A DNA stretch of 56,378 bases from a virus (lineage: Duplodnaviria; Caudoviricetes), in IMG/VR virus record IMGVR_UViG_3300027816_000119, positions 1-56,378 of that record; one strand, written 5' to 3'. The notes beneath the pieces were generated by a model. That model saw only the letters and a program-made list of their open reading frames with translations, searched no databases and was not told the DNA's origin. The translations under genes were made by a program, and so were the position numbers. This document shows positions 39,021 through 48,913 of the stretch, one piece after another. Within the stretch, counting starts at the first letter, position 1. The number at the start of each line of letters is the position of its first letter.

Positions 39021-41765
39021 CTAGTCTTTTTTTCCTTTATCTACATCATATTTGTTTTTATTTTCTTGAGCAATTTGAAGTTGTTTATTTGCTATTTCTC
39101 TTTGTACTTGAAGCTTTTCTCTTTCAATGTCATTCTTTCTAGCTTGTTGAACATTTCTATTTGTTTCTTTTTCTCTTTGTAAATTTGTTTGTTCTTTGTA
39201 TTGCTCTGTATCTCTTATATCTTTCATAGCATCTCTAAAGTCTGACATTTGATTTTTGTCAAGATCTACAGTAGAACCATAGCCTGCAGCTCTAATTTCA
39301 GCTACAGTAATATCTTTCTGAATCATCTTATCATCTCTAGCAGCAGCTGCTTGAATCTCCATTTGTTTTTGTTTTTCAGCTGATGCAAGTTGTTCTTGTT
39401 GCATTTGTTGTTGCTGTTGCATTTCTTGTTGTTTCATCTCTTGCTGTTTTTGTTCTGATGATTTCAGAGCATTATTAAGTTCAGCAATTGACTCAGATTG
39501 AATAACTTTTCCTAGATCATATATACTAGCACCTGTAGTATTATTCTGCATAGCCATTTGTTTAAGTTGTTCTAGAACAGCTCTATGGTTAGCACTTGTA
39601 GTTGCAAATATATTTAAGTCTCTCATTAAAAGATCTGTACCTTCAATTTCAAAGTTTACTTTTTCATCTGCAGTAGTTATATATGATAATCTTACAGAAG
39701 GATTTGATGAATGATAATACTGAGCTAAGTCAGTTCTCATTTGATGAACTCTAGGCATTAGATAATCACAGTGTTGCATAAAGAACATTTCTGTTTGAGC
39801 ATATGATGCAGCAACAGCTTGTTCTACTCCAGTAGCAGTTTGTTGAGATAATTGCTGACCCATTCTTTGAGGATTAACACCTATAACTTCATAAGCTTGT
39901 TGCTTAAAGTGATTAGCTAATTGTATCCTAGTCATTAATCTTTCTGTCTGAGATAGATCAAGTTTTTGAAAATGAGAGAAGTTTAATGCATTCTCAGTGT
40001 TTGTAATAGAAGTATCCAATGGTAACATCTGGAAATTCTTCATTGCTACATATGCTTTTGCTAAGTTTCCTTTACCCCAATCTTCTCCTAATGAATGTCT
40101 TGGTAATGAATTTTGATCAAGCATGATGATAGTACCAAGCTCATCTACTAGTATATCTGCTATCTGATTATTGACAATGTTATATCCAATCTGGTATGGC
40201 TTCATTAAGTCAATAAGTGCTGTAGACTTTGTATTTCTATCTGAGAATACAGAACCTTCTACCGGAAGTTTGCAACCATATAAACTAGAATCACCTTTAA
40301 ATTGAAACTTAATAGGACATATTTTATTTTGGTTTATTCCTAAATATATTGGAGAAAATCCTCCAGGATTATTCATTCCCCAATATGAAGGAATATTAGG
40401 ACCTATCTTAACACCACCCCAAACTTCATTAATCCAAATCCAATCTATATGTTCTCCAAATACCAGATTATCTTTAGTTTTATTTTTAAATAATCTATTA
40501 TCATAAATTGGTTTCTCAGTAACCTTATAATCTTCAGTTACTATATCTGTAATAACTTCACCATTTTCTTCAATCTTAGTAAGATGGCCAAGTTTCTTTT
40601 GAGATTTCCAGTATATTGTACTTACTCTTAGTAAGAATACTGTACCTTGATCATAGTAATCTTCACCTTCCATAAGGATTTGATTAATAATATCAATGCT
40701 ATCCATAACAGTACCATTCATTGCAGTAGTGTACTGTCTATAAGCTAAAGATGGTGAATTAACATTCCATTCATGAGTTTTTGTAGCATCATAGAAAGAT
40801 CCATCATTTTGTATTCCTCCTGTTGTATAACCTGCAGATCTAATTGGATATACTGCTTCTAAAGCATCCATTTGCTCTTCAGTCATTAACCAACCATACT
40901 TATCAATAACATCTGATATACTTAACATATCAGTTTTACCTACCCAGTTTGCTTGTGATATATATCTTGCATCAGGTGATTTATGATAGAAAGTAATTAC
41001 TGGATTCCATAGTTCTACTTCATAATCATCTTCCATCATGCGGAAATGCCAGAATTCTCTATCTGTAATAAGCATGTCACGGAAACCTCTTTCTTCTAAC
41101 TCATCCATTTTAAATCTCTCAACATCAACTTTATGTTGATGCATAGCCCACTGTTCTATCATAGATCTATAATCTTTCTTAAAAAAAGATTCAATCTCAG
41201 AAAGAGTTTTTAGTTTATCAGGATTAGTTTGTTCTTGAGCCTCTGGTGAATTTGGATCTAATCCTTGTTCAATTAATGCACTGAGTATTTTAAATCTAGC
41301 ATTATCTAAAAGAGTGTCTTCTACCATTTTTCTTTTTTCTTCTAAAAGCTCATTGTATGATATATCATCAACAGCTCTATAAACAAGTTTGGTAGATCTC
41401 TTTGCAAATTCAGCTACTAAAACATTAATGACATTTGGAATAATAGGATAGAATTTTAATTCTAATGCTGACTGATCTTCTTTAGTTAATATTTCAACTA
41501 TATCTCTGTACTCATTATCTTCTTCAACAATATAGTCTGACTTATCTATAATACCTTTTGCAAGCTTATAGTTTTTCATAAGTCTTCTAGCATTTCTTCG
41601 GATTTGTTTAAGACCTTGCCATTCAACCCAGTCTAAATTCCAAGCAGCCCATTGGTCATCTTTTTCTTTTTTAGGAATAAACTGTAATGGTTGAGTTACA
41701 GTACCCATACGGTTAGTATCTGCCTTAGCTCCGTTTTTTAATTGAAGTGCATTATATATTTGCAT
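39021..41765 (-). CDS. Portal protein
   Basis: 914 aa after terminase; YPIIPNVINVL, WINEVWGG, CKLPVEG, MKPYQI.YNI; Q-rich coiled-coil C-terminus. Confidence 0.85.
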   Translation of the reverse strand: MQIYNALQLKNGAKADTNRMGTVTQPLQFIPKKEKDDQWAAWNLDWVEWQGLKQIRRNARRLMKNYKLAKGIIDKSDYIVEEDNEYRDIVEILTKEDQSALELKFYPIIPNVINVLVAEFAKRSTKLVYRAVDDISYNELLEEKRKMVEDTLLDNARFKILSALIEQGLDPNSPEAQEQTNPDKLKTLSEIESFFKKDYRSMIEQWAMHQHKVDVERFKMDELEERGFRDMLITDREFWHFRMMEDDYEVELWNPVITFYHKSPDARYISQANWVGKTDMLSISDVIDKYGWLMTEEQMDALEAVYPIRSAGYTTGGIQNDGSFYDATKTHEWNVNSPSLAYRQYTTAMNGTVMDSIDIINQILMEGEDYYDQGTVFLLRVSTIYWKSQKKLGHLTKIEENGEVITDIVTEDYKVTEKPIYDNRLFKNKTKDNLVFGEHIDWIWINEVWGGVKIGPNIPSYWGMNNPGGFSPIYLGINQNKICPIKFQFKGDSSLYGCKLPVEGSVFSDRNTKSTALIDLMKPYQIGYNIVNNQIADILVDELGTIIMLDQNSLPRHSLGEDWGKGNLAKAYVAMKNFQMLPLDTSITNTENALNFSHFQKLDLSQTERLMTRIQLANHFKQQAYEVIGVNPQRMGQQLSQQTATGVEQAVAASYAQTEMFFMQHCDYLMPRVHQMRTDLAQYYHSSNPSVRLSYITTADEKVNFEIEGTDLLMRDLNIFATTSANHRAVLEQLKQMAMQNNTTGASIYDLGKVIQSESIAELNNALKSSEQKQQEMKQQEMQQQQQMQQEQLASAEKQKQMEIQAAAARDDKMIQKDITVAEIRAAGYGSTVDLDKNQMSDFRDAMKDIRDTEQYKEQTNLQREKETNRNVQQARKNDIEREKLQVQREIANKQLQIAQENKNKYDVDKGKKD

Positions 41766-41770
41766 ATTAA

Positions 41771-43978
41771 TTATTTAAAGTTTTTAAAGGGTGATCTTTT
41801 CATTGTCTGCCCATTACCAAGTTGCCCCCTTCCAACATGACGAAAGGGACTCCTATTTAATTTAAACAAATTTTCTGACTTTTGCAAGTTTTTAGCTGCA
41901 TCATCCATGATTGTTCTTTTAGAATAACCTCTATTAGACTGTTGTATTTTCATAAAAGCTACAAGAGCAGCAAAAGAAACTAGTCTATCCACATTGACTC
42001 CATCTGCATATTCTCTCATTTCTTTAATCAACATTGGATCTGGTATGCGTTCAATACCATAAGTTGTTCTGACAACAGTTCCATCTGGTTTAAGTTCCTG
42101 ATCTAATTCTTCTTTAGTATATTCTATAGCATAACTAAGAAGATGTGCTTTGAAAAGAGTACCTGTATTTTTCCAACCATATTCCTGAAATACATTATTA
42201 TTTGCACCAAGATCTTTTAAAAACATAATTTGGTTTTTAGGTACCAAATATCTTTGTTTTCTTCTTGATATCATATGCTGGATAAAATAAGAAATGTTGT
42301 TTTCTACAAGTGCCCATGCATTATACCATTCAATGATTAGTTCTAATTGCTTATGAGTTTGATTAATATCATCATATCTACCACACCATGCTGCTACAAT
42401 TTTACCTTGTTCTATATAAGTTTCTGTTTCTTCACCAGTTACCTTAGTAACTTCTACTGGTGCTTTCATTACATATATAGAACAGAGTGATTCTGAAGTA
42501 GTTGTTTTACCTTCACCTACAGGGTCAATAGAAGCATAGTATTGTCCAAATATAGGTTTATCTACCGGTCTTTCCCATACAACAATACATCCAGTTTTAT
42601 CTTCTGTTTTTTTATTTATAGGAAATTCCATTATTGGCCTCTTGTTGCTTTTAGTAACAACGGGATTTCCATCTGCATCTGTAGATATATCTAGATATTC
42701 ATAACCATATTCTTTTTCTTCTATTCTTCTTTCCTGTGCAGCAAGAAGATGTGGAGGGAATACAGATACTGTTCTGTAAGCAAATGCTTCTTTAATATTT
42801 CTAGGATGCTGAGATATACGGAGCTGATAATCTTCAGGAGATAACTCATCCTTCCATTGTTTAAATTGTTTCTCTAGAGCTTCTACAGCATCTTCTACAA
42901 GTGAGTTACCATACACATCAATATGTGGGGGCATTGACCATTGTTCAGGAATAAATAATCCTGTCATGCCTACAGTACCTTTATCATCAATAAGATCTGT
43001 TTCTACTGCATAAATATCTTTTGATGTAGGATTAAGTATCATATCCTTCAAAGGATTACATTGTGATAAGTCTCCTACAGATCCTGCCGCAATGAACATA
43101 CCTGTAGTAATAAGTCCAGATCTCATGGCCGGGCGCATGTACTCATATGTCTGATCCATCTTAGGAGCAATCCCAGCCTCTTCATGAAAGAAGTACTTAA
43201 CTGGACCCCCTACACCATTTGTTGGATCTTTCTCAAATGACATACCTTGTATAGTACCTTTGAGACCAACTTCTGTTTTTCTATCACCTTTTCTTACCTC
43301 AATCTTCTGTTGCCACATCATTACTTTATCCGGAGACATAGGACGGTACCATGCTGTATGTTCATTTAAGAATGCAGCATATTCCTGTAAGAACTTCCAA
43401 GATCCTTTCTCATTGATATAGTCCTTAAGACTTGCACCCATCTTAAGAGTAACCCCAGCCTCAAACCATTGCTGATTTATAAACTTACCCATATGGTAAT
43501 AGGATGAAGCTATCTGTCTTTTCTTAAGAATGGCGGCATGTTTATAATTAAGTTCTGCTAATAATTCATAAAGAGCTAAGTGATATTGAGCATCCCTGAT
43601 TTTAGCAAAACCAAATTTTTGTTCTTCTTTATCAAAGATTGGAAGAAAGTTTAACCACATGTAATACTCTCTACAAACAAACCAAGTTAAATCTCCATCT
43701 TTTACTATTATACCTTTACGGCATTTTGTCTTTTGATCATCCCAATAACTTATGTAGTCTCTAGATTTGAATGGAGAAGTACAATATACTCCATCTTTTT
43801 TAAATCTTTCTGACTCTGAAATAAATATGTCATTGGTAATTTGATTGAACTTATACTTTCCAGGTTCTTTAAAAATATCATTGAGGATAAAGTTTTTGAA
43901 GTCCTCTCTGGATTCAAAACTTGTAGTTGTCCACTTTCCGTTTTCATAGGTTGGTATGTCTTGATAAATTTCACTCAT
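41771..43978 (-). CDS. terL: Terminase large subunit
   Basis: Walker A-like LKKRQIASSY, Walker B FFHEEAG, nuclease ASIDPV, VENN, C-terminal NVDRLVS. Confidence 0.9.
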   Translation of the reverse strand: MSEIYQDIPTYENGKWTTTSFESREDFKNFILNDIFKEPGKYKFNQITNDIFISESERFKKDGVYCTSPFKSRDYISYWDDQKTKCRKGIIVKDGDLTWFVCREYYMWLNFLPIFDKEEQKFGFAKIRDAQYHLALYELLAELNYKHAAILKKRQIASSYYHMGKFINQQWFEAGVTLKMGASLKDYINEKGSWKFLQEYAAFLNEHTAWYRPMSPDKVMMWQQKIEVRKGDRKTEVGLKGTIQGMSFEKDPTNGVGGPVKYFFHEEAGIAPKMDQTYEYMRPAMRSGLITTGMFIAAGSVGDLSQCNPLKDMILNPTSKDIYAVETDLIDDKGTVGMTGLFIPEQWSMPPHIDVYGNSLVEDAVEALEKQFKQWKDELSPEDYQLRISQHPRNIKEAFAYRTVSVFPPHLLAAQERRIEEKEYGYEYLDISTDADGNPVVTKSNKRPIMEFPINKKTEDKTGCIVVWERPVDKPIFGQYYASIDPVGEGKTTTSESLCSIYVMKAPVEVTKVTGEETETYIEQGKIVAAWCGRYDDINQTHKQLELIIEWYNAWALVENNISYFIQHMISRRKQRYLVPKNQIMFLKDLGANNNVFQEYGWKNTGTLFKAHLLSYAIEYTKEELDQELKPDGTVVRTTYGIERIPDPMLIKEMREYADGVNVDRLVSFAALVAFMKIQQSNRGYSKRTIMDDAAKNLQKSENLFKLNRSPFRHVGRGQLGNGQTMKRSPFKNFK

Positions 43979-44496
43979 TACATGTCATATGCTAGTCCTT
44001 GGCCACCTCTTACTTTACTTGACTGTTCTTCTTGAAGATCTTTATAGGCTCCTTTAAAAGACTGCCTAATTGCCTCATAGTTTTTGGCCGCAGCTATTAA
44101 GGAATTAATATTACCATCTCTACCAGCAGTAATGGTTGTAGTTTCCATATATCTGGCTAATCTATCTAACATAGATGCAATACCCTTATAAGCTCTGGAT
44201 GTAGGTGTTTCATACATTCTCTCACAGAACCTTAATGCAGTAAATATTGTATCATCTTCAGTAGAAAATTCTGCTTCAATTTGATCCAAGATTAGCTGTT
44301 CTTTATCTATATCTGGTGTAAAGAAAAATGGATTAAGATCTGGATTAGGGCAAGACATATAGAATAAATACAAGTATATTTTAAGATAATCATCAGGATA
44401 TTCATCCATTACATCCTTAAGAGCTTTTAATGTATAACAATGTTCTGTAGGAATTACTACTCCATTCTGAACATCAAATAGTTTAGTAAACATCAT
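43978..44496 (-). CDS. Conserved protein upstream of terminase (possible small subunit)
   Basis: 172 aa helical, coupled to terL, C-terminal KVRGG. Confidence 0.45.
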   Translation of the reverse strand: MMFTKLFDVQNGVVIPTEHCYTLKALKDVMDEYPDDYLKIYLYLFYMSCPNPDLNPFFFTPDIDKEQLILDQIEAEFSTEDDTIFTALRFCERMYETPTSRAYKGIASMLDRLARYMETTTITAGRDGNINSLIAAAKNYEAIRQSFKGAYKDLQEEQSSKVRGGQGLAYDM

Positions 44497-45323
44497 TTCT
44501 TTTTAATTTTATGTCTATTATCAGCAAGATAATGTATAACTGCAATTACTTCATCTACAAGATACGGTACACTGATTGGATTTACTTGTTTTACAATAGG
44601 ATCTCCATTCTCATCTAACTTACTAATTGGATATCCCCAGTTATCTTCACGGTCAACTTCAAATGTAATATGATGTATAAATATCTTTCCTGGTTTTAAT
44701 CTTGGGTTATGCTTTAGTATAATATACATATAAATACTCAATTGTAAAGCATAATGATAGAAATGACAGTCATCTAAAGTATCTATAGGAGGCAGCATTT
44801 TTTCTGATTTGCCTTCCCAATCTACATATGACTCCATTTTTATTTCTTTATTAGTCTTGTAGTCAATAATATTTACTTTACCATTGACTACTTCAACTAA
44901 GTCTGACTGGCCACAAATACCTACTGAACGTAGATAGACCATATGTTCTGGATACACGCCTGGTTCTAGTTTTTGAGAAGGTGCTGTTTTAACACCTTCT
45001 TTAAGTTCAGTAGGTTTAAATATAGGGATTGTAATACCTTCTCTTTCTATAGAAGATAGAGAACAGATATCATCTTCTCTTTGGTTATGATACCATGTAC
45101 CTAAAGTAGTAGATCTATCTGCTTCATTATTCCATATTTGTTGAATAATAACAGGATCAATACCAAACCATTTAGACCTCTTGCTTTTACTTACTTTCTC
45201 TGCTACTTTTTTAGCATCAAAAGGTTTTTTAAAATGGGAAACAAGTGTTGTTACACTTATCCAATCAATGTTACTGTCATCAAGACTTTTGTAACTATGA
45301 TCATTTGCATTAAATACTATCAT
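44493..45323 (-). CDS. PD-(D/E)xK nuclease
   Basis: SVTT, GTWYH, GQSDLV, IIDYKTN, YALQLSIY. Confidence 0.85.
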   Translation of the reverse strand: MIVFNANDHSYKSLDDSNIDWISVTTLVSHFKKPFDAKKVAEKVSKSKRSKWFGIDPVIIQQIWNNEADRSTTLGTWYHNQREDDICSLSSIEREGITIPIFKPTELKEGVKTAPSQKLEPGVYPEHMVYLRSVGICGQSDLVEVVNGKVNIIDYKTNKEIKMESYVDWEGKSEKMLPPIDTLDDCHFYHYALQLSIYMYIILKHNPRLKPGKIFIHHITFEVDREDNWGYPISKLDENGDPIVKQVNPISVPYLVDEVIAVIHYLADNRHKIKKK

Positions 45324-45583
45324 TTTTTTAATTGTTCTATAGCAAGTATTGCTATGTTAAAATTATCTATGTCTTCTGATCTCAACATAGTGATCAGATT
45401 TTCTGCAGTTTCAGAATCTATTTTCTTTTTTTCTTCCATCCATTCCACAAAGCCAACAGAATTTTCTATAGCCATTGCATGTGCAAGATAGTCTGCTCCT
45501 GCTTGTCCAGTATACAAACTAATCTGTCTTCCTTGAGAAGCAATACCATCTGTTAGAAAAGATTCTAATTCTGTCCAATTCAT
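45320..45583 (-). CDS. Hypothetical protein
   Basis: Coupled ORF with 4-nt overlaps on both sides. Confidence 0.6.
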   Translation of the reverse strand: MNWTELESFLTDGIASQGRQISLYTGQAGADYLAHAMAIENSVGFVEWMEEKKKIDSETAENLITMLRSEDIDNFNIAILAIEQLKK

Positions 45584-45873
45584 AACTTTTCTAATTGATC
45601 TTCTTCATCTTCAGTAGCAATAGCATCCCATTTACCTAGCGGACATTCTGATGATAAGGATCTTGTTTTAAAGTTAAGAGAGCAACCACACTCATTACAG
45701 CAAGGAGCAGTACCTTTAACAGCACACTTTCTACCTTTGTGTTCACACTCATCACAGATAGAGTATCTTAATCTTGCTATTTCTTCTACAGTTTCATCTC
45801 TGATAACTGAATTAGTTATACCTTCAATTATCTGTTTTCGGTTGTCCCAGATTAGTTTTAGTGTATTTTTCAT
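45580..45873 (-). CDS. Small Zn-finger protein
   Basis: R..ICDEC..C..CNECGC..K..CPLGKW. Confidence 0.7.
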   Translation of the reverse strand: MKNTLKLIWDNRKQIIEGITNSVIRDETVEEIARLRYSICDECEHKGRKCAVKGTAPCCNECGCSLNFKTRSLSSECPLGKWDAIATEDEEDQLEKL

Positions 45874-46228
45874 TTTTTTCTTTTTTAAAAGTATCTTTTT
45901 TATTTTCCTGAATAGTTATTTTTTGTTCAATATCTATAAGAGCTTCAAGTTTACTTTCAATCATCTTCTTATTATAGTATGCACTAAAAGTAGAAGTATC
46001 ATGATTTTCTAATGCTTTTTGATATTTAGGAATTGATTTTCTTACAGCTCCAGGTCTTGCTACAAAATGCCCCAGACCTTCTACATTAAGTCTGGGGTGT
46101 GTTAATCCACTTAGATTTTGTCTTATTTCTTTATAAAAATCTTCTAAAAGATCTTCTACTAAACTTGCATCTACTCCTAATTCTTCAGCTAGTTGTTTGT
46201 ATAATTTAGTTGCTTTCTTCGGTGTCAT
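45824..46228 (-). CDS. HU/IHF-like protein
   Basis: LAEELGVD..VEDLL..RLNVEGLGHF. Confidence 0.6.
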   Translation of the reverse strand: MTPKKATKLYKQLAEELGVDASLVEDLLEDFYKEIRQNLSGLTHPRLNVEGLGHFVARPGAVRKSIPKYQKALENHDTSTFSAYYNKKMIESKLEALIDIEQKITIQENKKDTFKKEKNEKYTKTNLGQPKTDN

Positions 46229-46586
46229 TTCCTAAGAATTTATAGTCTAACAAAATTGTACCAACTGTTTGAACTTTTAATTTAGGATTTATTTTAATGA
46301 GTTTTTTATTAGATGGATCTTTAATTACTAATCCATTTTTCTCAGCTTTATTAATTGAGTTTCTTACTGTCTGTGGAGATTTAAATATCCAATCCTCCTC
46401 AGCAGATGCATCTAAACAAAAATTAGTAAGCTCAATAGGCTCATTAAAACTAAGCAATGTAAGACAGTTAAAATCAGCTTCACTCATAACTATCCTATTG
46501 ATATAACAGTGAGTTAAGATCTGAAACTTAACAACATCCCATTTTGACATTTTAACCCTTTTCTGTACTTGGTTTACAAGTGCCAT
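46206..46586 (-). CDS. Winged-helix DNA-binding protein
   Basis: SPQTVRNSINKAEKNGLV..IKINP. Confidence 0.6.
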   Translation of the reverse strand: MALVNQVQKRVKMSKWDVVKFQILTHCYINRIVMSEADFNCLTLLSFNEPIELTNFCLDASAEEDWIFKSPQTVRNSINKAEKNGLVIKDPSNKKLIKINPKLKVQTVGTILLDYKFLGNDTEESN

Positions 46587-46589
46587 GGT

Positions 46590-46883
46590 CTATTGTTTTT
46601 TAAGCTTTCTTTCTTTTGGTGTAGATACTTCGTGTTGAATAAGATCTTCTCTCTCAGTTTCTTCTTCAATTTCTTGTGACATTTCAGGATTCATCATCAT
46701 TGCCATTTGAATTTGAATTTGAGTTCTTTTAAATCTTACTTCATCTAGCTCCATTAGTTTTTTTTCATACTCAAACTGAGCATTAATGTAAGGCATAGAA
46801 TCTGTGTAAAATTTAAGTAATTCTTCCTTTCTTTCAGCTAGTTGTTCAGCAGACAACTGCTCTTCATTGTGTTGGTTTTCCAT
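46590..46883 (-). CDS. Hypothetical coiled-coil protein
   Basis: 97 aa ORF preceded by promoter-like motifs. Confidence 0.65.
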   Translation of the reverse strand: MENQHNEEQLSAEQLAERKEELLKFYTDSMPYINAQFEYEKKLMELDEVRFKRTQIQIQMAMMMNPEMSQEIEEETEREDLIQHEVSTPKERKLKKQ

Positions 46884-46944
46884 AATATATTAATTAAAGT
46901 TTAGACAAATATACAATAAAAGTTTAAACAAGATATATTTAAAC

Positions 46945-46976
46945 AAAAAAATCCAGGTATAGAAAGTACCTGGATT
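46945..46976 (-). terminator. Intrinsic terminator after lysis cassette
   Basis: aatccaggta-tagaaag-tacctggatt perfect 10-bp stem, A-run on left. Confidence 0.85.
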
Positions 46977-46994
46977 ATAGTAGTTAGGATGTGT

Positions 46995-47153
46995 TTATCT
47001 ATTTTTAATTGTAAAATTTAAAATAGTAAGTAGGTAAAATTCTCTTGATAAATCTAGTTCTAGTGAAAATAAGTCTAAACTAGATACTCTCAATCTTATC
47101 ATCAACTTATCCCACTGCTTTTTTGAGGTATTCCAGTTATTCCTAAATTTCAT
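46995..47153 (-). CDS. 52-aa protein coupled to endolysin (not in ORF track)
   Basis: ATGA overlap with amidase stop; MKFRNNWNTSKKQWDKLMIRLRVSSLDLFSLELDLSREFYLLTILNFTIKNR; ends just before terminator. Confidence 0.65.
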   Translation of the reverse strand: MKFRNNWNTSKKQWDKLMIRLRVSSLDLFSLELDLSREFYLLTILNFTIKNR

Positions 47154-47836
47154 TTTACAAGAGATTTAAGCATTGCTATCATTTTTGGTTGTGGAGATAT
47201 ATCACTTTTATCTCTTCTATATGAGTTATGAGTATATACTCCTGGTACTGCAGACAATGCATTTTTAGAAACTTCCCACATATCTTTATCATTATATGTA
47301 AGAGGAATGCCATGTATCTTATTCCAGTAAACAAGTAATTGTCTTACTGATTCAATCTGTGCATCTGTATACGCATGATAATGTGTATAACCTTTGTAAG
47401 GTTTGTCTAATGTACATACTTGATCTGCAGGAACTTCTCTATTAACATAGTTATAGAACTTGTTACCTTTTTTTGTTAAAGGTCCCCAGTTGCAAATTTC
47501 AATACCAATTGCAAGTGGATCTAATAATCTATAAGGTAATGCATTAGCTCTAAACACATCTGGTTTAATACCTAAATGATATGCCCATTTCTTAGATGAG
47601 AATGCTTGAGCAATTTGTCCATCAAAAGTATCTTGTGATAATCCTTTACCAGATATAACTACACATGTGGCAATTCTTCCTCTATCATCAGCATCCCACA
47701 TTTTAATTGTTGCTGGTGCAGATGAATTACCTGCAGTATGATGCAGTACTATTTGTAGTTTTTTGGTCTCCTCATTTACATACTGTCCTTCAGAAAGAGG
47801 TACCTGTTTAATCTTTGATAAATCTAAGATACTCAT
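47150..47836 (-). CDS. N-acetylmuramoyl-L-alanine amidase (endolysin)
   Basis: IVLHHTAG, AYHLG, IGIEI, YTDAQIES, YTHN..KSD amidase_2 motifs. Confidence 0.9.
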   Translation of the reverse strand: MSILDLSKIKQVPLSEGQYVNEETKKLQIVLHHTAGNSSAPATIKMWDADDRGRIATCVVISGKGLSQDTFDGQIAQAFSSKKWAYHLGIKPDVFRANALPYRLLDPLAIGIEICNWGPLTKKGNKFYNYVNREVPADQVCTLDKPYKGYTHYHAYTDAQIESVRQLLVYWNKIHGIPLTYNDKDMWEVSKNALSAVPGVYTHNSYRRDKSDISPQPKMIAMLKSLVK

Positions 47837-48138
47837 TTTTTCTTATTAAATTTTTTAGCATAAAATTTTGCAAGCCATGTTCCAACTCTTTTAAGTGCTG
47901 AAGTTTCTGCATCAACAGTAATTTCAGTTCCTTTATCTGTCTTTACAACATTAACATCTAGTTTTTTACTGTCAAGTACAAACTCTTTTTTCTCTTCATC
48001 TTTGTTGAGTTCAACATCTACTTTAGGTGTGTCAACTGATACGTTAACTTTCTTACCTTCTTTTTTTGCTTTGACTTTTACTTTTTTAGTCTTTACTTCT
48101 ACTTCAAAGTCTTCTACTTTTTTAGCTTTCTTTGCCAT
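47833..48138 (-). CDS. Lys/Val-rich beta-repeat protein in lysis cassette
   Basis: Repeats V-[DK]-T-x-K-V-x-V. Confidence 0.6.
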   Translation of the reverse strand: MAKKAKKVEDFEVEVKTKKVKVKAKKEGKKVNVSVDTPKVDVELNKDEEKKEFVLDSKKLDVNVVKTDKGTEITVDAETSALKRVGTWLAKFYAKKFNKKK

Positions 48139-48141
48139 TGG

Positions 48142-48378
48142 TTATATATTAGGGGTTTCTACTTTTTTAACTTCAGCATCATCTACTGTAAGTTGTGCTA
48201 ATGTAGCAGCTACTGTGCCAGCTGTTACTACATATGTTGCTGCTGTAACTACTGCAGCTGGTAATGCAATTGGAGCAGCAATAATAACTCCTGCTACAGC
48301 TCCTGCTGCAATTGCAATCTTTTGCACCTTTTTCCAAAACTTTGGAGTTTGAGCATTCCATCTTTTCTTTAGTGACAT
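48142..48378 (-). CDS. Putative holin
   Basis: 78 aa, TPKFWKK followed by two Ala/Val hydrophobic segments; next to endolysin. Confidence 0.6.
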   Translation of the reverse strand: MSLKKRWNAQTPKFWKKVQKIAIAAGAVAGVIIAAPIALPAAVVTAATYVVTAGTVAATLAQLTVDDAEVKKVETPNI

Positions 48379-48381
48379 AAT

Positions 48382-48717
48382 TTAATTATTAGTATTTCTT
48401 CTTCTAGTTGTTCCATTCATTTGAATCCTTACTAACTCTCCTACAGTATCAGATAAATCACCTATTTTAGTAGCCATTACTCTGATTTCATGTTGAGTGT
48501 TTTCTTCAATATGTTGGAGTTTCAATCTATTCTCTTGTTCTAACAACTCAAACTTACCTTTTAACTTTCCTTGATCCTCAATTCTTTTTTGATTCTCCAA
48601 AGTTAATATTTCTATTTGTTTATTGATTGTACTATAAGCACTTCTTAAAAAGAATCCTATAATTGTTAGAATTGTTCCTGTTACAAAAAGTATTACTGTA
48701 AGCATCCAAGTCTCCAT
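48382..48717 (-). CDS. Membrane-anchored coiled-coil protein (holin/antiholin-like)
   Basis: N-terminal TM helix, coiled coil. Confidence 0.5.
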   Translation of the reverse strand: METWMLTVILFVTGTILTIIGFFLRSAYSTINKQIEILTLENQKRIEDQGKLKGKFELLEQENRLKLQHIEENTQHEIRVMATKIGDLSDTVGELVRIQMNGTTRRRNTNN

Positions 48718-48721
48718 TTTC

Positions 48722-48913
48722 TTATTTTTTAGCTGATCTAATTCCTGTAAATTCTTCTATAATTTCTGGCTCATCTAACTGAGTTACAGTACCACCGTTT
48801 TCAAGAAACTGTACATATGCAATATATGTAGGATCATTTTCTTGCATTACCACAACAGTTGTGTCATTAAGAACAATTTGTCCATTGTGATCTATTGTAT
48901 AAATATCTTCCAT
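48722..48913 (-). CDS. Small fibre-associated protein
   Basis: DPTYIAYVQFLENGG motif; coupled to fibre gene. Confidence 0.55.
   Translation of the reverse strand: MEDIYTIDHNGQIVLNDTTVVVMQENDPTYIAYVQFLENGGTVTQLDEPEIIEEFTGIRSAKK

Noticed and set aside
39390-39460. CAA/CAG-like repeat
   Set aside because: Simply encodes the Gln-rich coiled coil of the portal
36015-43978. Introns/inteins in terminase, portal or capsid genes
   Set aside because: Continuous ORFs; no intein termini or homing endonuclease motifs seen
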